In this document: piece after piece, positions 9,873 through 20,780 of the stretch
How the letters are laid out: every line of letters starts with the position of its first letter
Numbering within the stretch: position 1 is the stretch's first letter
Assembly: GCA_002269645.1 (NCBI GenBank)
Contig: NIVC01000557.1
Location: forward strand, 1 to 64,000
DNA: 64,000 bases
Source of the DNA: Macrostomum lignano
Lineage: Eukaryota
Reading direction: 5' to 3'
Position numbers and translations under genes: made by a program
The notes under the pieces: generated by a model
Told to the model about the DNA's origin: nothing
What the model saw: the letters and a program-made list of their open reading frames with translations, nothing else
Databases searched by the model: none

Positions 9873-12800
9873 AACTACGCACAGGTTTGTGTTAAAAGGC
9901 ACTGATAAAAATATTGAACTAATTGAATCAATTCATTGCGCAACTGATTTCACAGTCAGTCAGTCAATCTAAATCAACCCTCCAATACACAGCAGCAGTG
10001 AGAAGTTGAACCCTCCCCCCAACTTTATCTATTACGTCTCGCAAAACTGATTACAATTTTTGCAAAAAGTTAAAAGTATGGGAATAGTTTTCCCAATGAA
10101 AAGCTTTTAGTTTTCATATATAAAGCAAACAACTTATATCCTCGAACTCTGCGTTGCAAGATCTTTCCAGCAATATAAGTTTCTCCTCTCAAAGTTTAAA
10201 ACTCGAGGAACAGTTAGCGTTTGAAATATACCGATTTCCCGACTGCTTGCTAGAGAAGCTCGCAATTCATTGAATTTCACTGCTAAGCTAATGCACAGGG
10301 ATGCCTATGGAGAAAAAAAGGCGCCAATAATAAAACCAATTGAATCTCGACACAGTCCTGATTCCTATCTATCTGTTTACACTGTACAACTGCTATGTAC
10401 ACTCAGCCCAAGCCCAACCCCCCGTTCTGGGGGAAGCATTAAATTTAACTGAACCCCCCCAACACGCGGGGGGTTTTATTTCCACTCGCACCCACCACCC
10501 CTCAATACACAGCGGCCCGCGGGCGGAGGTTGGGGTGGCTATTTTTACAAACTGGCTGCAGCCCCAGGCAGAGTGGCCAAAGAAGGTTATTGGGGGTTAA
10601 AAAAGCAGTTTTCTGCTTTTTTAGGGATGTTAAAATGTGAAAATTAAAAATTAAAATAGCCTAAAGCCTGCTCCGGAAAATTTGCAGTTTTCCCATATAA
10701 GTTTCGACGCTGACTTGGCAGAATTGTAGGAGTTCACTTACTACATACAGACAGAAACATCGCTAGAGTTTTAGTATATGTACGAGTGGAACTCCTCCTC
10801 CGGAGGAGAAAGGGGAAGAACTCCCATCACCGGAATTCCATTCCCTGAAATCCATCAGCTGAAACTCCATGACTTGAATCCCATCTTCCAAATCATCTCC
10901 AAATCCTCTGTAAAGCCTTTTTGCTCTCCTCTTTTCCCTCTCATCTCTACAGTGTAGTCTCTTATCTCTTCTCTCTAATCTGCTTTCCATCTCTAGTCTC
11001 TCATCTCTGCTCTCTCTTCTTTGCTATCTTATATCTAGTCTCTCCTCTCTCTCCTCTCATCTCTACTCCCTTATGTATCTCTTCTCCCTCGTCTTTCGTC
11101 TGTACCCTCTCCTGTCTCTTGTCTCCTCTCTTCTCTCATATCTCTCCTCTTCACTTCTGTCTTCTGTCTCCTCTCTTCACTCTTATCTCTCCCTCTTCTC
11201 TCCTCTCTCATATGTCATCTCTACTCACTTATCTATCATCTCTCTTTACCCTCTCTCTCCCCTCTGCTCTCATTTCTCATATATCATATACGCTCTCACA
11301 CTCTACTTTCTTGTCTCCTATCTTTCTTTCCTCCTTTCCACTATCCCCTGTCTCTTCTCTCTTTTCTCCTCTCCTTTTTCCTTTCATCTTCTCCCCTCTC
11401 TTCTCTAATCTCTAATCTCTTCTCTCTTATGTTCTCACGCATCTCTTCTCATCGCATCTCTCATCTCTCCTCTCCTCACTACTTTCCTCTCTTAACTCTC
11501 TCATCTCTGATCTTCCATTTCTCTCCTCTCTCCTCTCTCCTCTCTCCTCTCTCCTCTCGCTTCTCTCTCCTCTCTCTCATCTCATCTCTACTCCCTTATT
11601 TACCTCTTCTCCCTCGTCTTTCGTCTGTACCCTCTCCTGTCTCTTGTCTCTCCTCTCATACATGTATCTCTCCTCTTCACTTCTGTCTCCTGTCTCCTCT
11701 CTTCTTTCTTATCTCTCCCTTCTTCTCTCCTCTCTCATTTACTCTCTCATGTCTTTACTCTCTTATCTTTCTTCTCTAACCTCTATCTCTTCTTTTTCTC
11801 TCTCCTCTCTGCTCCTATTTTTCATATCTCCTATATGCTCTCGCCCTTTCCTTTCTTATCTCCAATCTTTCTTCCTTCCTTTCTACTATCTCTTATCTTC
11901 TCTCTTCTCTCTTTTCTATCCTTTCTATTCTCTCTTCTCTCCTCTCATTTTTACCTTCTCTAATCTCTAATCTCTTCTCTCCTATTTTCTCACTCTCTTT
12001 TCTCATCGCATCTCTCATCTCTCCTCTCTGCACTCTTATCTTTACCCTCTTCTTTCTCCTTACTGCTTATTTCTCATAACTCTCACCACATTTTTTCTGA
12101 TCTTTCTTCTCTCTCCCTTCTCCTCTCTCTTCTCTCTCCTCTCTCTCTTCTCATCTCTACTCCCTTTATCTATCTCTTCTCCCTCGTCTTTCGTCTCTAC
12201 TTTCTCCTCTCTCCTCTCCTCTCTCATCTCTCATCTGTACTCTTTTTCTTTCTTCTCTACTCTCTCCTCTTCTATTTCCTCTGTACGCTCTTATCCCTCC
12301 TCTCTTCTCTCTCCTCTTATCTCTCCTGTCTCCTCTTTGCTATCTCATATCTCCCCTCTCATCTCCTCTCTCCTCTTCTCTTCTCTCTCCTTCGTTCCCG
12401 CCTTACTCCCCTCTTCTCTCCGATCTGTCATGTCTAATCTCTCCACTCATTTCTACTCTCTTTTCTACCCACTCATCTCTCTACTCTTTTCATTCTTGTC
12501 TTTACTCTCTTCTCTGACTGATTGAAGATGCCAAATCCATCAAGATCCTCTCCGCGAAGCAGAAATCCTGTCCGTGCAACTGAAAACCATCGAAATCCTC
12601 TCCGTGAAACTGGACTCCTTCGAAATCCTCTTAAATCCATCAAAATCGTCTCCATAAAACAGAAATCAATCATAAATTATCTCCGCGAAACAGAAATCCT
12701 CTCCATGAAGCTGAACATCATCGAAATCCTCTCCGTGAAGCTGAACATCATCGAAATCCTCTCCGTGAAACTGAACATCATCGAAATCCTTTCCACGAAA

Positions 12801-12993
12801 CTGAACACCATCGAAATCCTCTCCACGAAACTGAACACCATCGAAATCCTCTCCACGAAACTGAACACCATCGAAATCCTCTCCACGAAACAGAAATCCT
12901 CTTCGTCAAAATTAAAACATTGAAATCGTCTCCACTAAACTGGACTCAATCGAATTTTTTCCGTCAAACAACTCAACTCTCCGGATTCATTGG

Positions 12994-13021
12994 TTAGGGT
13001 TAGGGTTAGGGTTAGGGTTAG
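12994..13021 (+). repeat. Interstitial telomere-type (TTAGGG)4, copy B
   Basis: TTAGGG x4 + TTAG at the homologous position of copy B. Confidence 0.9.
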
Positions 13022-14978
13022 AACTACGCACAGGTTTGTGTTAAAAGGCACTGATAAAAATATTGAACTAATTGAATCAATTCATTGCGCAACTGATTTC
13101 ACAGTCAGTCAGTCAATCTAAATCAACCCTCCAATACACAGCAGCAGTGAGAAGTTGAACCCTCACCCCAACTTTATCTATTACGTCTCGCAAAACTGAT
13201 TACAATTTTTGCAAAAAGTTAAAAGTATGGGAATAGTTTTCCCAATGAAAAGCTTTTAGTTTTCATATTTAAAGCATACAACTTATATCCTCGAACTCTG
13301 CGTTGCAAGATCTTTCCAGCAATATAAGTTTCTCCTCTCAAAGTTTAAAACTCGAGGAACAGTTAGCGTTTGAAATTTACCGATTTCCCGACTGCTTGCT
13401 AGAGAAGCTTGCAATTCATTGAATTTCACTGCTAAGCTAATACACAGGGCTGCCTATGGAGAAAAAAAGGCGCCAATAATAAAACCAATTGAATCTCGAC
13501 ACAGTCCTGATTCCTATCTATCTGTTTACACTGTACAACTGCTATGTACACTCAGCCCAAGCCCAACCCCCCGTTCTGGGGGAAGCATTAAATTTAACTG
13601 AACCCCCCCAACACGCGGGAGGTTTTATTTCCACTCGCACCCACCACCCCTCAATACACAGCGGCCCGCGGGCGGAGGTTGGGGTGGCTATTTTTACAAA
13701 CTGGCTGCAGCCCCAGGCAGAGTGGCCAAAGAAGGTTATTGGGGGTTAAAAAAGCAGTTTTCTGCTTTTTTAGGGATGTTAAAATTGGAAAATTAAAAAT
13801 TAAAATAGCCTAAAGCCTGCTCCGGAAAATTTGCAGTTTTCCCATATAAGTTTCAACGCTGACTTGGCAGAATTGTAGGAGTTCACTTGCTACATACAGA
13901 CAGACAGACAGACAGACAAACATCGCGTCGGTTTTAGTATTAGGAGAGATTAAGATTAGATATTGTGGTAGGGCGGTCTACCACTGGAATGAACAACAAC
14001 AGACCTGCAGCGCGGACAAGGTGGAGTCGTGGACTACCATTGTTCCAGTGATTTATGACTGATGTCAATTTTCTTCAATGTTTGTTCCTTTGCCTGTTCC
14101 CCCATTTGTCCCTGCCTTTGCTCCTTTGTCTGCACCCTTCGTTGCTCCCTCCTATGGTCTTTGCTGTTTTATCGCTTCTAGCGCCCAGGTTTTCCATTTT
14201 CCCATAGGGTGTCCCTTTCCTTGTCCCATCCATTGTCCCACCCCCTGGGTTAACTGTGCCATTTTATATATATTAACATTCGTCTATAACCAATTTTTTG
14301 TGTGTTTTTCCTTTCCTTCTACTTTGTTGTCATCATTGTTTTTGCGTTTTTGTTGCATTTGTTTGCTCTCCCCTTGACAGACAAGCTCTATTCCTTAATT
14401 TGTTTAACCTTATTGCTCTAGTGTTTGACGCATATTAATTTTCTTGCTCACCCTTGGCATGGCTGATTCGTCACACATTCCTCAGCCTAAAGTTTGACAA
14501 TAATCATCTAGTATTTGATTTGTAGTAATTAAATTTTCTGGTGCAAAATACTATAAATAATAACCAGTCAATTAATATCTTATTTAGTTGTTCTTAATCG
14601 AAGCATTTAGTCTCTATTGAGTCATTTGCCTGCAGGGCATAAAATAACCAATCAGTCTCAATTCAAAGAAAGCTCTGAGACCCTTAACGTTCCATAATAC
14701 AAAATTATAGTGGTGGCAGCGCTACTTTACTACTGATAGTAACAAACTGAACACATCAATAGATCACGACATTCACGGTGTCTAAGGACCCAATTTGAAT
14801 GACCATGCCATTAAAAGACTGCTCAACTACAATTACAATTACCCTCCCTCCGGAATTGAGGGCCTGGCAAATGGAGTATCAAGGAGAAGTTAAACATATC
14901 TGTTTACAAAATTTTCCGGCTTTACAAGTGCCGAGACAATGCAGGCGGCAATTCAAACATGAAATTTGCCCTACCTCA

Positions 14979-15468
14979 CCAGCATGGAATTCTTGCATCT
15001 GGCATATAAAATGGAAAATTGCGACTTTTTTTCAGCGCGCAATTCTATATTGAACCAAACGCAATTTTTATAATCTTAAACAAAATTTAATGGTATAATT
15101 TTCAGCATTACCAATTGTCAAAATAATGTTTTGCAATAGTCTCATACTCTCATTTTCAGACAACTTGTTACAATAAATAGAAGACTGATTATCTTTGTTT
15201 TTTAAAGTAAAAAATTTTAAATTTGAACAGTTTGTAAATAATAAACTATAAAATGTTACATTGTAACATTTTTGTAATAATTCTACATTTAATACTATAA
15301 AATCAGTAATTTAAACTGTGCTAACAGTTGCAAAAATATTTGCAATTTTTGTTGCATTTTTTGCAGCCTGTACAGGTACGCAATTTTTTTTGCATTGCGC
15401 AATTTTTTGCAATTTTTTTCCTAAATGCAAAAATGCGTTGCAATTTTTTAGCAAGAATTCTATCCCGG
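14979..15468. mobile_element. MITE copy 1 (490 bp; ~18-bp TIR; 8-bp TSD; hAT-like by TSD length)
   Basis: CCAGCATGGAATTCTTGC ... GCAAGAATTCTATCCCGG (15/18 inverted match); flanks CTACCTCA (14971-14978) / CCACCTCA (15469-15476). Confidence 0.8.
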
Positions 15469-15669
15469 CCACCTCATTGGTATTAGCAACATAATTTCAA
15501 AACACCCAATTTCTTCAAACTTTCTCTACCCCCACCTCAATATCTATTTCAACTTTTTATAATCAGGTAAGTCAGTCCTATGGATAATATATGTTATGCC
15601 ACATGTAGAGATACCACAGCTATCTATAATCTAAAAACTTATAGAAATAGTAGCTATGTCTCTAATATT

Positions 15670-16154
15670 CCAGCATGGAATTCTTGCATCTAGCATATAA
15701 AACAGAAAATTGCAACTTTTTTTGGCGCGCAATTCCATATTGAACCAAACCCAATTGTTACCATCTTAAACAAAATTTAGTGGCGCAATTTTTGGTATTA
15801 CCAATTGTCCAAATCATTTTTAGCAATAGTCTCATACTCTCATTTTCAGACGACTTGTTACAATAAATAGAAGACTGATTATCTTTGTTTTTTGAAGTAA
15901 AAATTTTTAAATTTGAACAGTTCGTAAATAACGAACTATAAAATGTTACGTTGTAATGTTTTGTAGTAATTCTACATTTAATACTGTAAAATCAGTAATT
16001 TAAACTGTGCGACAGTCGCAAAATAAATTGCAATTTTTGTCACATTTTTGCAGCCTATATAGGTGCGCAATTTTTTCGCATTGCACAATTTTTCGCAATT
16101 TTTTTCCCAAAATCAAAAACGCGTTGCAATTTTTGTGCAAGAATTCCATCTTGG
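15670..16154. mobile_element. MITE copy 2 (485 bp), same family and orientation
   Basis: CCAGCATGGAATTCTTGCA ... TGCAAGAATTCCATCTTGG (17/19); flanks CTAATATT (15662-15669) / CTAATACT (16155-16162); internal sequence alignable to copy 1. Confidence 0.82.
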
Positions 16155-18544
16155 CTAATACTGATTAGGTCCATACTAATACTAATAGATATGGCCAGGC
16201 CACCATGTCTATAATATTAGAGCTTATCATACATGTGCAACCTCCAAAATTCAGTCAGCCGTGCGACTTAGTTTTAACAAAAATGCGACATAGTTTTTGG
16301 CCAAAAATGTGACTTACATATAACAAAACCCGAAAGCAAAATTAATGCAACTTTGGGTAAATGGCAGGAGTAACTATGACTGTTTTATTAAGCTAAAATG
16401 CCTCATCAGCTACTTAGTACTACTACTTGGGTTATTTTTTGGGTGGGCATTTTTGCGACTTCCTTGGTTGGCTGCCAAATCGGTCGGCCAGATTGGCCAA
16501 CTTGGCCGACTGTTGCGCATGTATGGAGCTTATAGACATGGCAGCCATATCTATGCAATATAGAATGCATCTCACACTGGAGATAATGGCCATGTTGATG
16601 AAGTCTATATAGCACTAGTAGCCATGTCATATCATTATTGAATGAGTTTATACTTAGACATAGAAGGTAGCCATGTCCCCAATATAAATCTATTTGACAC
16701 TAAAGATGGTATATTTAAAGCAATGATACCATGTGTGCTCACATAGTGTATATGCCTATAAGCTTCAAAATTATAGACACAGCTAGGCCTACCATTTCTA
16801 TAAGCATAAGCATTCAATATATTTATCACAAAAAATTTAAAATTCAAATTGGAAGATAAAAAATTGAAAATCTAAGCCTATTATATTCTTTTTAATGAAA
16901 ATTAGGTAAATTTATTATATTTAAGAAAAGCCAGACTTTTAAATAAGAGTATTTAATATAATAAGAAAAAAGGCCCTACAGAAAAATGAGAAAATTCTGC
17001 AGCTGCTGTTTGTTGACTGCAACACCACAACATACTGGAAAATTCTAAAAATGCAACAGACAGTCATCTGCGATTGTCAAACTATTCCAATAGGGCATCT
17101 TAATAGCTGTCTAGACAATCCAGATATCTGAATGCGGCTAAGTCGGGACTCGTGACTGACTGACGTACAAACGAAAACGAAAATTGAGTTCTAAGAAACA
17201 TAAAAACTTAAAAGCTGTACAACGGAAAATAACTAAACTAACTAAACTAACTAAAGCTAGCACATCGACTATATTTGTCAAATTGAGTTAATGAGCTTAC
17301 ATTTAAACTGTAGCTCTATATGATTATTATAATATACTTACATGTAGCAACAATCAAAACTGCTACCCTACCGAGACATGCGACTTCTTTCTCACCTCAG
17401 GCACACAAGTGACGCAAATTGCGCCACGCAACGGAGGCTTGGAAGCGTCTGGGTCCCAGGCATAAACCCGATCGAAGAAATGTCTGGGGTTTCATAAAGC
17501 ACTGAATTCAGCACGAAAATCCCCCGAAAATGCCATCACAAGCTGCGCCAGGCAGCTGCCATTGCCGATGCGCTAGGCAGCGTCTTCCGCAGGATTTTCT
17601 ACGGCGCGCATTGTTCTGAGGATGCCTCGCTGAGTTGATAGAAATGATAGAATATGATAGAATACTTTCCTGATAGAAAAACCTTCTGAGTTCGCATTAG
17701 ACTAAACAATAACATTAATTGGGCATTAAAAACATACTTAATTAAGATCACTTCACTGTGCTGTATTGCTGCGCTGCACTGTAGTGCTGGCCTGTGCTGT
17801 GCTGTGCTGTTCGCAACAACGATTCGTCTAGCGACGAAACCGTAGAACAGCGACGCGCCTGTCATGCAGGCATCTTGCCACATGCACCCAGTACAAACGG
17901 TAACAAACTTCCGTGTATACATGTAGGCCGCAGTCGGCTTAAATTTCTGCCGAATAATTTTACAAAGAATTGATCAGGTGACTGGCAGAAGCTACAATTC
18001 CTATGGAACTCGATCCGACGCCCGGCGAAATCTTGTGAAACGATGGAAGACTCTGAAAGGTCAATTCGGCTGATGAGCTCCGATCAATTTGAGACAGCCG
18101 ATGAGCTTAAATTAGTACATGCATTCAACCATACAACGTTGACTCGGTACTGGCTCTGACCTTCATCGCCGACATGCAGTAATTAACATCAACTCACCCA
18201 ACTAACAGAAAGGTGTTAGTTAGTAAATAATATATTAATTGGTAACAGCTAGGAGCTCAGTGCGACCTGTACAACAAAGTCGTCGCATTCGACGATTCAA
18301 ACGGCTATGGAGAGGACAAATTAAGCGTGGAAGCCACGCTTATAGTGGTTTCAGCTGACCATATAGCCACGTGTTCAACATTGGTTACTATATGGCCACG
18401 TAGGGGTCAGCCAGTTCTCGGTAAGGTCTCGGTAAGGTCATTTCCAGCAGGAAGGAGCCCCTTAGGTACGCCAAAGCATCTGACATATCTGACAGAATGC
18501 AGTACACCGCGTGGTTTCCTATGGGGGACGGACCGGGTGACGGA

Positions 18545-18900
18545 TCAATCAATCAATATCAATCAACCAACCAATCAATCAATCCATCAACCAATATATC
18601 AATAAAGCAATATAAATCAATCAATCAATCAATAATACATACTGTGTCAATTATACTGTGTGATATCTGGTGACATGAGTAGACTCGAAGGCCGCATACC
18701 AGGTGGCCGATTAATACCCTGTCATCTGGTGATTTATGACCCTACAGGGACACACTCACATAGGAGTGTACAGCGGCCCTAACTTTGTTTATCGTTAGGC
18801 ATTTACACTTCACTGTGCCTTGGGAGCAGAGCCAAGCCGAGATTCCAATTTCGCCCCAAATGAATGTGACTGCACTTGGAATCGAGCCTGGGCCGCTGGC
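18545..18900 (-). mobile_element. Possible truncated SINE/LINE 3' fragment with (ATTG)n tail
   Basis: B-box-like GGCTCGATTCC on the minus strand (~18880) and (CAAT)n at 18545-18630; no A box found. Confidence 0.25.
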
Positions 18901-20039
18901 ACATTTAGGGGGGTGTTTCATAGAGCACTTGTCAGAGTTACAATTAGTGTGACAAATGAATAGTGAATAGCGATTTTTGTTATATGAGTTTTTGACAAGT
19001 GACAAGCGAGTATGACAAGTTCCAGGTACAATCGGTTTGTTTCAAAGACATAGATTCTTGAAGAGTAAGCAGCGCCTGATTTTCGACAAGCTTGAGTAGT
19101 CCCGCAAGATTTAATTGTCACACTTTTACCTATCAGATGTCGATTCACATGGCAACATGTTCGATTCGGACTCGGACTCCTCGGACGAAGGTATATCTTT
19201 ACCGTAAATATCTCGCTCTCTCTCTCTCTCTCGCTCTGACGAAGAATATTCAATATTCGAAAAATCGGCATATTTCACTAAACTGACTTTCATCTGTCCT
19301 TTTTACCGAGTCAGTGCCTGAGATTGGAGGTGCCCTCCTGATCTATCTCTCCCTCTCTCTCTCTCCCCGTCTCTCACCTGCTCGCTTTCGCATCGTTTCT
19401 CCACGAATAAAAAGCTCTAAAAACAATTCGCGTCCCGACAGAATTGCCCACGAAAATGATTGATGTATAATACTCGTAGTGTGGAGCGAATGCATCAACA
19501 AATTGCCTTTAATGATCAGCCATTGCAGTTTGACTTACAGTCTTCTAATCAAGTGGTGGACCCGTCGTCTAACTTTTTGGTTTTAGAGTAGCTTTTTCCT
19601 GATCCTTTCTGGCAGAGCAATATTGGTTGATTAACCCCCGCAGCCAATCCGCGCGCATTTACAAGAAAGACATTTTATAATGTAAGTCGATAACAAGGAC
19701 AACTCAAGTATATAGTAGGACGCAATACTCGCGAATCGTGTAATTTTTATTGGAGGCCTGCATGGTCTTCACATATATGTAATTCTCGACTAGTTGCACG
19801 TAGAAAGCTAATTCTTTCGGTGTTAGGTCCAGAATCCTAGGCTTATGTACGAAGAACTTTATACGGCTTACGGGCCTCCAAAAAAATTTCCACGAAAGCT
19901 TAGTGTCACGTCCTATATATAACGTAACTTCAGTTGTCCTTGGTCGATAAATAATAAAGATTGCTTCTGGGCGTAGGTTACCACAGCTACGGAGATCGAG
20001 GACCCAAGACAGAAGCAGTTTGCCCAAATCCAACTCCAG

Positions 20040-20586
20040 ATGTATTGCCAAAATGCTTCTCTAGCCCTTCTGCTGCTGCTGCTGCTGACCGCCAGTCCGC
20101 CAGCGGCTGGTATCACCGTCATAATTTTGAGATCCGAGAGCTCATCGACACCTGCCAGCATGAAGCCTGTGGCTGGCAGAAGCATCCTGGACTATTCTTT
20201 GAAGTGTGCTCAAACAGACGGCTGCATCGGATTCTCCTGGCTGCAGAGTCTGTGCCAGCTGTTCAACTTGAGCGCTTTCGCTGGCACCTGGCTGAGCTCG
20301 CCGCCCTGCGAGGTCTTCAAGCTGATGGAAGGGCCGGCAGCTGCCACCAGTAAGGACCGCTCCGGCTTTCGTGGCCTACCTCACCATCTACAACCGGATC
20401 ATGTATCCTGAATGGCTCAAAAAGTTCAACCTGCTGGTTGGTGGCGTTGAGTGCAACCGAGTGGACCTGACAGAGCCGTTCTCCATCGCCAACTTAACCT
20501 GCAACGCTTTCGGCAGCGCTGTTCGAGTTCTCTACCAGCAGAGCGATCTGCTTATTCTCAGCGAAGTTGAGATCTACGACTACTGA
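20040..20586 (+). pseudogene. Secreted PAN/apple-like + partial F-type-lectin-like protein, split over two frames
   Basis: Frame 1: hydrophobic signal peptide, then LKCAQTDGCIGFSWLQSLCQLF (PAN-like Cys pattern). Frame 2: FVAYLTIYNR..LKKFNLLVGGVEC...LILSEVEIY, like the C-terminal half of the fucolectin/FTP fold. No clean intron joins them. Confidence 0.55.
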
Positions 20587-20780
20587 GACGTCAAGCTCGA
20601 GTCGAATGAATAACTGATCGTTTTTCTCTCAAAGCTGCAAAACCTAACTTGGTTGTGTGATCCTCCACTTTGACTTACTTTGACTTAGCTGCAGGGCGGT
20701 CCGAAGACGCAGCGGGGAGGCGAGCGTCGCCCATTCCGCTAATCCCTGAAAGACCCGCACAGGCTAGGGCGCGGGGCCGG

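Larger units (their letters stand above)
8270..13930. repeat. Head-to-tail duplication of a composite unit (copy A ~8270-10780, copy B ~10781-13930), Helitron/Helentron-like
   Basis: Same order in both: GTGGAACTCCTC head, CT-rich tract (8.4-9.46 kb; 10.9-12.5 kb), 30-bp ATCGAAATCCTCTCC repeats, (TTAGGG)n, near-identical unique part (offset 3149, e.g. 10270 vs 13419), GC hairpins, (ACAG)n tail. Confidence 0.85.

Noticed and set aside
8400-12520. Leu/Ser/Pro-rich ORFs in CT-rich tracts (also 43.5-43.9, 47.9-48.9 and 52.5-53.2 kb)
   Set aside because: Polypyrimidine sequence lacks stop codons by composition.
9839-13021. (TTAGGG)n as a chromosome end or fusion site
   Set aside because: Only 4-5 units, at the same position inside two copies of a repeat unit.
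18040-18110. Hammerhead ribozyme (GAAAC ... CTGATGAG); also CTGATGAG in the 29.9-32.1 kb array
   Set aside because: Stems I and III do not pair around the core here, and the array has no GAAA partner.
19704-20051. 115-aa minus-strand ORF
   Set aside because: No recognisable motif, TTG start overlapping the lectin-like gene start; cannot be supported without a search.
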